Virus record (IMG/VR): IMGVR_UViG_3300005573_000105
Coordinates: 1-59,303 of that record
Origin: a virus
Taxonomy: Duplodnaviria; Caudoviricetes
Direction: 5' to 3' (one strand)
DNA length: 59,303 nucleotides
Positions 45,240 to 54,765 of this stretch are shown here, piece by piece. Positions within the stretch are counted from its first letter, which is position 1, and each line of letters starts with the position of its first letter. The translations under genes were made by a program, and so were the position numbers. Under the pieces are notes generated by a model. The model did no database searches. It saw only the letters and a program-made list of their open reading frames with translations, and was not told the origin of the DNA.

Positions 45240-47087
45240 CTAATATCCATTCACAGTCGATGCTGCGGTTGTATCACGAAATGTCAATCGATTCTCCCGG
45301 CGACGTTGCTCATCCACTTTACTGAGCAGGTCATCGGCATGGCCAGACAGCGCTTGCTCAAGGTTGTACTTCATCTCATTGGGATTACTGCCTCCCTGCA
45401 CCGTGATCTGAGCACCTTCCATGTAGTGTAAGTTGGTTTGGCCTCCCCCGCTCCCACTCGGTCCAATCGCTGATGCGCCCCCGCTCTCCCAGCCCTGAAC
45501 CATTGCTTGGAAGCTGCCCGAAGCGAAGCCTTTGGCTGCGCCTACCAACTTCTGAAAATCCGGTAGACCCTCAACGTAATGGATAGCCCGCTGGATTGCC
45601 TGCACCACTTCCACAATGACATGCTTGATGCTATCCCAGTGCTTGTACACCTCGTAGCCAATCATCGCTACTCCAGCCAATAACGTGAGGGTCCAACCCA
45701 CGGGATTAGACTCAAACAAAACCCCAAGCGCTGCCCCGATGCTGCCAATCCCCCCTTCAATAATGAGAGAAACAGCCGCGAAGGCATCACCCATCATAGC
45801 CCAACCTACTTTGAGGACATTGATAAGACCAACGATATGGCTCATCCCCTCTGTTAGAAACACAAAAGCCTTACCTAGGAAGCCAACCATCCCAAATAGC
45901 ATCACCGCCGCCGCCGCTAACCCCAAGAAGTCAGCGATACCTTGCGCTATCTTCGGGTGGGTATCGGTGAAATTCTCAGCTACGGTTATCAACTTGGTGA
46001 GTTGCACCATGAGTTTTGTGAGTGCAGGCAGGGCTAGTGACCCGTACAAGTCTTTCACGTTCTGTAGACTGTTTTCAAACGCCTTCTCACGGTTCTGGAA
46101 GGTTTCTTGCTGCTTCTTGGTTGCCTGATCTGCGGCTCCAGCGGACTTATCCATCTGGTAATATGCACTGGTGAGGTCACCGATATGGTCCACCAAAGAT
46201 GAGATGGATTGCGCTTCTCCAGGTAACTGAGCTTCCAGCGCTTTGAGTGCCGCTGGGTTCATCTTACTCATGTTCTCTAATGTTTTGATGAGGTTGAGGT
46301 TGCCATGCGTGGTCTTAACAATCTGCAATCCATACTTCTGCAGGGTGGGTATGCCATGAGTGTCTACCGCTGCCATAGTATGAATGAGTTGTTGGGCAAA
46401 TATACCAGCGCCCTGCTGCCCAGCTACATGCAAACGATTCAGCTCTCCTAACAGAGCGAATACCTGATTGATATCCAACCCATAGGTCTTGGCGGAGGCA
46501 CCTAAGCGAGCAAAATCTCTAGCCATTCGGGTAACGTTTTGAGTGCCCATTGGGAAGCGGGTATTGAGTATAGTTAGTTTATCCGCAAAGCTACCCATCT
46601 CCTTGTTGACGTCAGAGCCTCTGGGCGCGAGATTTAGGTACGCACTGGCCAGTATGTTGGCGGCTGCGCTAGCTTTGATACCTAAAGCCGTAGCTAGCTT
46701 GTCTGCCTGTTCGGTGGCGGCTAAGGTGGTCTTGGTGTCCCGGAAGGTCTGATACAGGTTAGTTTGCGCCTGAGTTACGTCTTCGAGATCGCTTGGGAAC
46801 GTTTGCGATAGGTATTCAGCCTGCTCTTTGAATTGTTTAAGTTGCTCTGAACTGAACTGCGTAGCGAGCGCCAACCTTGTTTGGGCTTCCTGGAATTCAG
46901 ATGCAGGCTCGATAAGCTTCTCAAACATCTCATAGCCGAGGAAGGCGGAGGCAAAGGACTGTGTGAGGCTCCAGATGCCAGATTCAAACTCCTCAAAGCT
47001 CTCATGGATGGCGCTAAGTGGTTCGGTGATCTTGTCCACCAGTTCCACGAGAACTTTGAGTACACTAGACTGTTCATCATCCGCCAT
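45240..47087 (-). CDS. Tape measure protein
   Basis: VELVDKITEP N-terminus, helical body, hydrophobic segments, NPVGW; position. Confidence 0.88.
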   Translation of the reverse strand: MADDEQSSVLKVLVELVDKITEPLSAIHESFEEFESGIWSLTQSFASAFLGYEMFEKLIEPASEFQEAQTRLALATQFSSEQLKQFKEQAEYLSQTFPSDLEDVTQAQTNLYQTFRDTKTTLAATEQADKLATALGIKASAAANILASAYLNLAPRGSDVNKEMGSFADKLTILNTRFPMGTQNVTRMARDFARLGASAKTYGLDINQVFALLGELNRLHVAGQQGAGIFAQQLIHTMAAVDTHGIPTLQKYGLQIVKTTHGNLNLIKTLENMSKMNPAALKALEAQLPGEAQSISSLVDHIGDLTSAYYQMDKSAGAADQATKKQQETFQNREKAFENSLQNVKDLYGSLALPALTKLMVQLTKLITVAENFTDTHPKIAQGIADFLGLAAAAVMLFGMVGFLGKAFVFLTEGMSHIVGLINVLKVGWAMMGDAFAAVSLIIEGGIGSIGAALGVLFESNPVGWTLTLLAGVAMIGYEVYKHWDSIKHVIVEVVQAIQRAIHYVEGLPDFQKLVGAAKGFASGSFQAMVQGWESGGASAIGPSGSGGGQTNLHYMEGAQITVQGGSNPNEMKYNLEQALSGHADDLLSKVDEQRRRENRLTFRDTTAASTVNGY

Positions 47088-47310
47088 TGTTTTTGCTTAC
47101 CTCTTGATGATACACTTTCATGATCTGATACCATGAGTTTAGGTCGGATAAGTCCATCCTGTCTAGAGCATCTGGCGGCATTCCACTGTTGACCAACGCC
47201 CCCAATGCCCCCATGGTTAAGATAATGAGCTTGTGTTCTCCCCCACTACCGCCTGCGGCTCTTCCTGCTGAGACGTTTCCGCGGCTACCGTCTTCAGCTT
47301 CGTCAAAGGG
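47077..47310 (-). other. -1 frameshift extension of tail chaperone (gpE+E'-like)
   Basis: Slippery C CCT TTG at 47310-47304; -1 frame open to TGA at 47077 with GMPPDALDRMDLSDLNSWY. Confidence 0.8.
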
Positions 47311-47600
47311 TTGAGGATCTTTCCTGCCTCCCCCTGCAATGCCAGAACGTCTTCCAAGTCCATGTCGTCGATGCCTTCCAGTGTCGTGCTCTTTCCATCA
47401 ATAGTAGCTAGACGAGCGATGATCGCAAACAAGATGCGGTACTGATCCGATGCTGGCCCTGCCGCCATCAAGGCAAGACGAAGATCTCTACCCTTCCCTC
47501 GATAGATGGTAACTTCCTTTCCGGAGGGGAGAGTGAAAGATGTAAGCACTTCTCTGGTTGGTTTGGAGGATGGATCGGGAAGGGTGACGGGAATGCCCAT
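47217..47600 (-). CDS. Tail assembly chaperone (gpE-like)
   Basis: FTLPSGKEV..R..GRD, IDDMDLED; between tube and TMP. Confidence 0.85.
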   Translation of the reverse strand: MGIPVTLPDPSSKPTREVLTSFTLPSGKEVTIYRGKGRDLRLALMAAGPASDQYRILFAIIARLATIDGKSTTLEGIDDMDLEDVLALQGEAGKILNPLTKLKTVAAETSQQEEPQAVVGENTSSLS

Positions 47601-47635
47601 TTGTTACGCTCCTGACGCGCTTGGTGCGCTATCGT

Positions 47636-47700
47636 TGATACTACGATTGGTTAGGCGCTGGGCATTGAACCGTGAAAAGACGGTAGTATCACCCAGCGCC
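47636..47700 (-). other. Structured intergenic element (two interleaved 9-bp stems)
   Basis: GGCGCTGGG/CCCAGCGCC and TGATACTAC/GTAGTATCA, plus inner ACCGT/ACGGT. Confidence 0.55.
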
Positions 47701-47720
47701 GGTAGGTTTGCTTGTCGACC

Positions 47721-48242
47721 CTACCCGCCAATGTTACTGCGATATTGAGCAAGTTGATCAACTCCATTAACAAGATACTGATTGCTGAATGCATCGAAGA
47801 GATAAATCTGCTCCCCTCCGACATACAGCTCGCAGTGGTAGACGGTGAACATCGATGTGAACTCCACCAGCTCCTGCGCCTTGAAATCGAGCGGACCTGT
47901 GTCTTTTGGAAGGCCAGAGAAGTTATAGATCACAGGAGCCTCCGCAATTTCCCCGCCGGCTGTTAACGTCTGCAAATCCCCTAAGCAGGAAAGTAGGCAG
48001 ATGTTGAGCGAGGCGGAGACTTGCGCAATGGTGAGTGGGTCAAAGCTAGACCACTTGATGGATGCGTCGAGCTTGTCCCAACCAACCGGAACCTCAACGC
48101 GAGCCATCATCCCCAAACCTTTGTAGTCTGACATCAGACGCTTAGGTTGAGGAATTTTTACCTCCGCAGCTCGCCCGAGGAGACCGACACCATTCAAGTA
48201 GACGTTTACGTTACTGAGTGAATTAACTACTAACTGCGCCAT
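47721..48242 (-). CDS. Tail tube protein (P2 FII-like)
   Basis: NVYLNG..LLGRA.EVKIP, GLGM, VNGVDQLA. Confidence 0.92.
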   Translation of the reverse strand: MAQLVVNSLSNVNVYLNGVGLLGRAAEVKIPQPKRLMSDYKGLGMMARVEVPVGWDKLDASIKWSSFDPLTIAQVSASLNICLLSCLGDLQTLTAGGEIAEAPVIYNFSGLPKDTGPLDFKAQELVEFTSMFTVYHCELYVGGEQIYLFDAFSNQYLVNGVDQLAQYRSNIGG

Positions 48243-48256
48243 GGTTTACTCTCCTC

Positions 48257-49828
48257 TTATCCGTTAGGCAGTACTGAATTCGCCGCGGCGTTGCTGGTCA
48301 CAGTCGGCCCCAGTGTAGCCAGGAGGCTGGTGTCGACAAAGACGTTGAAAATAATTTCCTCAGCCGGTGGGGGAGGCATAACCGCAACCTCGAAGGTAAG
48401 TTGACCGGCCTGAAGGTTAGCCACAGGATTGTCCGCGGGGTTGTAGGTAACAGCGCCTCCCACTAGAGCTCCATTCTGGATCAGCGTGCGGACAAACGCA
48501 TTCACTGTGCTCAGAATGGAGTTGATCAACCCATTAGTAATCGGCTGGTCCAAGAAAGGTAGCATCGATACCTGAATGCTCTGCTCAATCACATCTAGCG
48601 TCCGGCGTACACTTACGAATGTAGTGACCAGTGAGCTGCTCGGGAAGGAAGAAGCTCGGTTGCCCCAGACTCGATACCCCGTACCGAAGCTATTGAACAC
48701 CGTCATAATGCCGGCTGCATTCAACTGGTTGGTGTCCGCATTGGAGTCAAAAGCGCTCATGTACATGCTGATATCTGGCCCCAGCGTACCGATAATCTCC
48801 GTGTTGGATGGGCTATACCAGTACCCTTTGGCCAGATCCTTGGCGGCGGTGGCGCCTGCATTCAGGGTCGATGGTGGAAATTCCATCGGCGCATTGGCAT
48901 ACTCTAGGACAATGACGCCCTGCGCGCTGATGGTGACCCCAGTCGGCACAATTCCGGTATCCGTCACCAACTGATATGGAGCGCACAGAACCAACCGATC
49001 GCTAGCCTGGTTGAAGGCATTCCCCGCAGCCCCTCGATTGGCAATAGCCGTTGCAACCAGCGTTTGCGGAGGAGCATCGGTAAAGGCTATGGCGCGAATC
49101 TTGTTAGCCATGGCAAGCAGGGCTGCGCTGGTAGTCACATCGGTGAAGGTGGGGGTAATTAGCAGCTTGGCAAACAATCCCATTGTCTGGAAGGTCGTCT
49201 GCAGTGCCTGGATGCCTGTATAGACACCGCCTGCCACCGTACCCACAATGTCCGCGGACGCTACTTTGGATGGGTCGCAGTAGGCGTAGCCAACTTCCAA
49301 TGCTTCGCTGGGTGTGATAGCTCCGCCGGCTTTGGTGTACAGAAGGCCATTGACGTAGTCGATGGTGTAGTCGGTTCCTTCTATATAGGTGGTGGTGCCT
49401 GCTTGATTCTTCACCGTCACAGTAGAAGCCGCAATCACGTAGTTGGGAAGACCCGGACCCACCAGCCCCATGTGCCCTAAAAAGACGGGAATAGCGTTAG
49501 TTGCCGGGCCTACAACGACTGCTGGAGCCACGACCGTCTGGTGCACACTTGGGTTGAAGACGTCAATCACAATAACGGCTCCCGACCCTTGAGCCTGGAT
49601 CGCACGCAAAGCGTATGGGATAGTATAGCCCTGTACCCTCGGGCCAAAGTTGCCAGCCAAGTTCTGTGTGGTTACGAGGGTAGGGTTATTGATACCAGGT
49701 CCGCTGCCTTCAGGCGCCAGCCATTGTGGAGCAGAGCCAATCAGGCCAATGACAGCCGAGTTAACCACTTGAATGGTTACCCCGCCGCTAGAGACCTCGG
49801 TTACTTCGATGCCGTGGAAGAATGCCAT
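48257..49828 (-). CDS. Tail sheath protein (P2 FI-like)
   Basis: FFHGIEV, SAVIGLIGSA, GYWYSPSN, GYRVWGNR, SVRRT, PPPPAE. Confidence 0.94.
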   Translation of the reverse strand: MAFFHGIEVTEVSSGGVTIQVVNSAVIGLIGSAPQWLAPEGSGPGINNPTLVTTQNLAGNFGPRVQGYTIPYALRAIQAQGSGAVIVIDVFNPSVHQTVVAPAVVVGPATNAIPVFLGHMGLVGPGLPNYVIAASTVTVKNQAGTTTYIEGTDYTIDYVNGLLYTKAGGAITPSEALEVGYAYCDPSKVASADIVGTVAGGVYTGIQALQTTFQTMGLFAKLLITPTFTDVTTSAALLAMANKIRAIAFTDAPPQTLVATAIANRGAAGNAFNQASDRLVLCAPYQLVTDTGIVPTGVTISAQGVIVLEYANAPMEFPPSTLNAGATAAKDLAKGYWYSPSNTEIIGTLGPDISMYMSAFDSNADTNQLNAAGIMTVFNSFGTGYRVWGNRASSFPSSSLVTTFVSVRRTLDVIEQSIQVSMLPFLDQPITNGLINSILSTVNAFVRTLIQNGALVGGAVTYNPADNPVANLQAGQLTFEVAVMPPPPAEEIIFNVFVDTSLLATLGPTVTSNAAANSVLPNG

Positions 49829-49838
49829 GCGATTCTCC

Positions 49839-50462
49839 TTACCCGTTAATGGGTGCTGTTTGTCCTGGTATTACGATAACCTGATCCCCTGATGGCTGCA
49901 CGTTCGTCGTTGCCTGTATCAAGTTAGCAAGCGCATAGTTCGGGTCCAGTTTAGGACGCATTGTGATGACATTGTAATTCATATCATACAACCACACCCT
50001 ACCTTGTGGATCCTGCTCCTGAAATCTTTCATCTGTGAAGTAGCCATTGCGACAACCGTCCGGTTGGAACCCTTGTAAGCAAGCCTCGATGGCATCAATC
50101 AGCGCATAGACACTACCTGCTCCTGTCAGTGGCCAAGCGATTTGCCTGGCTTCAACATGCACGCTGAACTGAATTGTGCGTTCTTGGAGCATCGTATCCA
50201 CAGACATGGGCTTGCTAAACTGGCTACTCTTGTAGCTGATTAGAACAAACGCAATCGCCGCACTTTGCCACCATGTGTCAAGATCAAAGTTCGGCCAGAT
50301 ATAGGTGCTGATGGCCAAGCCACCAGAGGCGAAGTACGCATTCAGCTGCGCTGCTATCTGATTCTGTATGGCATCTATCGTCAGTGGGTTGTTAAGTGTC
50401 CGACCAGCCCATGCTGTCGGGTCAATCACTGTCGGTAAACTACCATAGGCGGGCACAGTCAT
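49839..50462 (-). CDS. Tail completion/terminator protein (Mu gp37-like)
   Basis: VLISY..S.F, LQGFQP, WLYDM; upstream of sheath. Confidence 0.7.
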   Translation of the reverse strand: MTVPAYGSLPTVIDPTAWAGRTLNNPLTIDAIQNQIAAQLNAYFASGGLAISTYIWPNFDLDTWWQSAAIAFVLISYKSSQFSKPMSVDTMLQERTIQFSVHVEARQIAWPLTGAGSVYALIDAIEACLQGFQPDGCRNGYFTDERFQEQDPQGRVWLYDMNYNVITMRPKLDPNYALANLIQATTNVQPSGDQVIVIPGQTAPING

Positions 50463-50466
50463 TGCC

Positions 50467-50850
50467 TTACTTTATCTCCCGAGATAACTTTTCAGCCTCT
50501 GCCTTGTGATTTTCTGCTAAAGCTAGATGCTCCTTCGCTGCCATTGGACGTTCCTCTTCAAATGCTCTAGCGGCTTGTCCAAAGTGGTGCTCCGCGGCGC
50601 CATGAGCAGCAGCCGCAGCCAAGTGCTTGGCCTTCTGCTCCACCGACAACCCTTCCCCCGCCTCTCCCCAAACTTTCCCGTGATGCTCGCCTTGCTTCTG
50701 TCCCTGCTCTAGCGAATTAGCGCGGGCTAGATGAGCTTGCTCAGAAAATTTACCTAGAGTAGTGTCGCGCTTAACCATCCGCGCTCCTCTACAGTCAGAG
50801 CACAAGCAGCTTGACCCGTGCCTTTGCATCTGTGCGAATGTTTTCTGCAT
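50467..50850 (-). CDS. His/Ala-rich hypothetical protein in neck region
   Basis: H...CLC..C N-terminus; HLAAAAAHGAAEHH helix. Confidence 0.65.
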   Translation of the reverse strand: MQKTFAQMQRHGSSCLCSDCRGARMVKRDTTLGKFSEQAHLARANSLEQGQKQGEHHGKVWGEAGEGLSVEQKAKHLAAAAAHGAAEHHFGQAARAFEEERPMAAKEHLALAENHKAEAEKLSREIK

Positions 50851-50856
50851 GATCCA

Positions 50857-51333
50857 TCACCTCGAATGTGGTAATACAATCTCAATGCCGAAGTTCTGTT
50901 TGCTGATGCGCTGTGGATAAGAACCAGTAATCACTAACGTCCGATGGGTAATCCACGCTTGCTGCACCAGCCCGCCAAGTATCAGCTGTGCGGTAGGTTG
51001 ACAGGCCGATTGTATGGCATTCTCTACCGCATCTGCTAGATTATTCAAGTCCGTGACATTCGTTTCGTCCGGAACCTCACCCTGAAGGGAGACAACCGAC
51101 AGGTTACACAATAGAGATACTCTTGCCGGAGCAAAAAGAACGCTGCGATCATATATCTCTCCTTGCTCTAACAGAAAGAACGCTGGATACTGCTCCTCTG
51201 CTAACTGCGTATCTGGTACGGGTCGACGTCCTCCATAGTTGAAAGGAAGCCCTGGATTCTGCTCCGTCTTCAGTAGCAAAGGCGCTATCTGATTGAAGAA
51301 GGCCGAGTAAATAGCTTCCCGTCCCAGCGCCAT
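50857..51333 (-). CDS. Neck/tail terminator-like protein
   Basis: REAIYSAFF, QYPAFF, LGGLV. Confidence 0.7.
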   Translation of the reverse strand: MALGREAIYSAFFNQIAPLLLKTEQNPGLPFNYGGRRPVPDTQLAEEQYPAFFLLEQGEIYDRSVLFAPARVSLLCNLSVVSLQGEVPDETNVTDLNNLADAVENAIQSACQPTAQLILGGLVQQAWITHRTLVITGSYPQRISKQNFGIEIVLPHSR

Positions 51334-51914
51334 CAGTGCGCCTCCCTTATGCCTTCACTCACCGCTTGTTTTAGCTGCTCCTCGATGTAAACCCTATTCG
51401 CATCCCGTACCGGACCTACATACGGTCTAGCTGGGATTGTTACGCTAGGGACGAGATAGAATAGGGGGTATAAGACCCCATCCTTTACCCCAAAGATCAT
51501 GTGGTTATGGACGAAAGTGCGGTAACCAGCCGCCTCCGCCTCCCCTGCGCTAAACCTCGCCACACCTGCTGAGGTTAACGCCTCTTCCATCGGGATGGTT
51601 AGATAGGTAGCATTCTTTGCCCGGATGACACCACCAAACTCCTGTATGGGGCCATACGGCAACTTCTGACTAGCCATCATCCCGCCCTTGACTCCATGCA
51701 TAGTTTCTTCAACTGGCATGGCCTGTTCTGATCTGCGGAGGTCGCCAGTCCGGACATGAAGCCCACTGTCACTAAAATGCTTCTTGGCATACGACGCTAG
51801 ATGCTCCCCAATGATACCGAGACGTTTCTTGGCCGCCTTACGAATGGATGGGCTCATGTGTGCAATCTTGGCTTGCAACTCCATCTTCCCGCGCATGGAA
51901 ATGGTAATGCTCAT
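51333..51914 (-). CDS. Neck protein, HK97 gp10-like
   Basis: VRTGDLRRS, YGPIQEFGG, IPARPY. Confidence 0.8.
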   Translation of the reverse strand: MSITISMRGKMELQAKIAHMSPSIRKAAKKRLGIIGEHLASYAKKHFSDSGLHVRTGDLRRSEQAMPVEETMHGVKGGMMASQKLPYGPIQEFGGVIRAKNATYLTIPMEEALTSAGVARFSAGEAEAAGYRTFVHNHMIFGVKDGVLYPLFYLVPSVTIPARPYVGPVRDANRVYIEEQLKQAVSEGIREAH

Positions 51915-52765
51915 TACTGCACCCCCATCCCATCGGTAGGAAACACTTCTCGGTGAGGCTCTAGCATGGCGATAGTACTGGGATGCGCATTCTTCAAGAA
52001 GTAGTTAACCCTATCGGGTCCAACCCCGGTGCCTGTATCCCCCACTCGAGTGCGATTCTTGAATAGCAACGCGCTTTGCTGCAAGCATGCCTCTACGATA
52101 TCATCTGGGACCAAGCCTGCGTTGCTCGGGAAGTTAGATGACGCTGGCCCGATACACAACCACAAAACCCCGTTGTCATAGGTGATGCTGTTGATGCTCT
52201 GATTCCAAGGATTAGGTGCTTGTGCCCCTGTCGTACCGACGTTGATGCTTTGATACAAGTACCCGTTGACCAGAACTTGGTAGGATTGACTTACGACAGT
52301 GCCGGCAGTCCAAGCAGGCAGAGAAAGAATTGCGAGTTGCCCCGGTGTAATATAGCCAGCGGTATAGTTGATGGTGATATTTTGCTTCCCCTGCTCAAAG
52401 CAAGCACCAAACCACCCTGGCTGCAAGTTAATGGACCAGTTATCCCATGTCAAGATGGGATTCGATGCTCCCGGCGTAGAAGGAACAATCGTAGCTCCTG
52501 GAGTGCCTAGCAGGGGAGCGATGATTACACTCTGCACGGAGAGGATTGGATAAACTAGAGTGCGGATGCTGAAACGCCCGTTGCCATTCCTCACCTCACT
52601 ATACGTACCAACGGCTAAGGTACGGGACAGATATCGATTGATGCCCATGCTAACCGCTGAGATGATCTTTGCCAAGGTAGCATCCGAGGCAGTGGATTGA
52701 GCCAAAGAGGGACTGATATAGTTCTTCAGGTCCGTCAATGTCGTCAAATCCACCGGCAACGGCAT
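51914..52765 (-). CDS. Head-tail adaptor with inserted carbohydrate-binding-like module
   Basis: LTTLTDLKNY, YTAGY, VPDDIVEAC; insert WTAGT..NGYLYQS..GTTG..P.W...DNGVLW. Confidence 0.78.
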   Translation of the reverse strand: MPLPVDLTTLTDLKNYISPSLAQSTASDATLAKIISAVSMGINRYLSRTLAVGTYSEVRNGNGRFSIRTLVYPILSVQSVIIAPLLGTPGATIVPSTPGASNPILTWDNWSINLQPGWFGACFEQGKQNITINYTAGYITPGQLAILSLPAWTAGTVVSQSYQVLVNGYLYQSINVGTTGAQAPNPWNQSINSITYDNGVLWLCIGPASSNFPSNAGLVPDDIVEACLQQSALLFKNRTRVGDTGTGVGPDRVNYFLKNAHPSTIAMLEPHREVFPTDGMGVQ

Positions 52766-52774
52766 GCTTGCTCC

Positions 52775-53104
52775 TTACGGCTGCTTGTCTTCTTCCTTCT
52801 CTGGCCCCTGCTGGTTGGCTGCAAGGGGGGCTTTGCGAATCAGCTCAGCCTTTTCCTCCTCGCTGACCGAACCTCCACCCACTAACAGAACGCGTCCCGG
52901 TGCCGGCACGAAGCCATGCCCCTTCAGTCGCTCCACAAACGGGAAGGGGACAGTTACTGTCCCATCCGCATCGACGTTGAATATCTGCTGTTCTACGGAC
53001 ACCTGCGTGGTACCTTTGGGTGCCTGTAGCTTTACGGTTCCATTGCTCATGATCGTTTCTCCGAGAGGAAAGGTGGCGAGGTAGGCGAGCTGGTTTGAGC
53101 TCAC
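52775..53104 (-). CDS. Hypothetical virion-region protein
   Basis: Downstream of MCP; start 53104 (GTG) or 53050 (ATG). Confidence 0.65.
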   Translation of the reverse strand: MSSNQLAYLATFPLGETIMSNGTVKLQAPKGTTQVSVEQQIFNVDADGTVTVPFPFVERLKGHGFVPAPGRVLLVGGGSVSEEEKAELIRKAPLAANQQGPEKEEDKQP

Positions 53105-53127
53105 CTACCTCACTACGGTGCGTTGGG

Positions 53128-54711
53128 TTAGATGACCGGAGTGCCTGTCGTCGGGTAGACGTTGCTCATCACGCCAAAAGCTGGTGTGAAGTAGCAGGCA
53201 AAGACTTCGTCTGAGTAGACGCCATACTCGTAACGCCGGCTACGGAAGGGCCACTGGATCTGGTAGTAGTCCATCCGAACATGAGCTTCCAGGATGTTCG
53301 GTACGCCTGACAGCTCGTACGGTGCGCGATCCGACCAGAAGATAATCGTTCCCGGTGGGACATACGGGTGAATCTCAACGTCGAGCGTGTTGCCGAAGAA
53401 CTTGTTGAGATAGCTCGTAATGCGCCGACCGGCTACGATCCGCCCAGTCTCAGCATCCGCATCAAACAAGATCCGGAACGATGCGGCTGCGTTCTGCCCC
53501 AGCATAGTGCCCATAAAGTTCGCAATGTCCTGCGAGCTCATCAAGATTCGATCGTACCCGATCTTGTACTGATCATACGCAGCTTGGAGAATAGCATCCC
53601 ACTCTGCGATATTGGTGCCGTTGACGGTCAACCCAGTGTTGCCAGTCGGCTTGGTGTAAACCAAGGAACCGCCAGCACTGATGGTAACCCCTGTTGGCAG
53701 TTGCTGATTGGTGCTCATCGCCAGGGAAGGAGCCGTACCAAACACCGATCCGAATATCTGCGATAGGATACCATCCGGCAACAGCGCGTTGGTGCTGTTG
53801 TCTTGATACACCCCTCCCACTTGCAACGCAGTGATAAGCTGGCCGGTGGTGGAAGGCGCGGCGCTGAAGATGACAGCGTTGCCTTGGGTAATAGCCTGCA
53901 GCCGAGTTGCTCCACTTGCCGTGCCAAAGTACCATGCGTAAGCTACAGCATTGGGAACCACTTCGACAGAAGCCATAATGGTGTTGCCTGCTGCCGGGGT
54001 TATGGTGGCTTGGTTGGAGGGCTTTGCGGAGCCACCACCGAAGGTGTCCGTGCTGCCGTCCGTGTTGGTTTTAGTGATCTGTCCGGGGACGCCATTCTGC
54101 AGCGAACTGGACAACCAACCTTGATGAGCCAGCGCCACGCAGACGACATAATACGGCTGCGCCGTCAATGCCGAGCCTGAACCACCAGCCACCAGCGTCG
54201 GGGTGGGTGTCACTCCCAAAGCGGTGGAAGCGTTACCGCCAATCAGCGTCTGCTCCTCACCAATCATAACTGAGCGGAGTGTAGACTGAATGGCGTTGCC
54301 CAACGCATCCGGCGTCAAATTCATGGCACCAAGACGTGCTTCAAACGACACACTGGATTCGAGACCCAATGTCTTGTAGGAGCACTGCTGGTCTTGCAGA
54401 TTGATGCTGATGCCTCCACCGCGATTGCCTTCCGACACACCGACGGAGACATTGTTGATGTTAATCGCTGTGATGCGCTTCCAGTGGAATGCGTTTCCAC
54501 CGTCGGCAGGTACACGGGGGAGACGGCTGATGAGGGGGATCAGCTGCTTGTACGGATACAGCAACTGAACCACTGGCCGAAGGTCATACCAGAGCAGGCC
54601 CAGCGACTGATCGATCGTATCCGCCTTGCTGATCTGCCCCACCTTAGCCGCAATAGAACGAATCATTTCATCGTTCTGTAGCAATTTATCTAGTTCATTC
54701 ATGATGTCCAC
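53128..54711 (-). CDS. Major capsid protein with Ig-like insertion
   Basis: YDLRP, SRLPRV, EGNRG, EEQTLIGGN, IHPYVPPG, YEYGVY; follows protease/scaffold. Confidence 0.85.
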   Translation of the reverse strand: MDIMNELDKLLQNDEMIRSIAAKVGQISKADTIDQSLGLLWYDLRPVVQLLYPYKQLIPLISRLPRVPADGGNAFHWKRITAININNVSVGVSEGNRGGGISINLQDQQCSYKTLGLESSVSFEARLGAMNLTPDALGNAIQSTLRSVMIGEEQTLIGGNASTALGVTPTPTLVAGGSGSALTAQPYYVVCVALAHQGWLSSSLQNGVPGQITKTNTDGSTDTFGGGSAKPSNQATITPAAGNTIMASVEVVPNAVAYAWYFGTASGATRLQAITQGNAVIFSAAPSTTGQLITALQVGGVYQDNSTNALLPDGILSQIFGSVFGTAPSLAMSTNQQLPTGVTISAGGSLVYTKPTGNTGLTVNGTNIAEWDAILQAAYDQYKIGYDRILMSSQDIANFMGTMLGQNAAASFRILFDADAETGRIVAGRRITSYLNKFFGNTLDVEIHPYVPPGTIIFWSDRAPYELSGVPNILEAHVRMDYYQIQWPFRSRRYEYGVYSDEVFACYFTPAFGVMSNVYPTTGTPVI

Positions 54712-54765
54712 TCCCGGGTAGTTTAGAGTTACGCCTGTAGTGCTTTCCCTAGCAGGTCTACCTCC

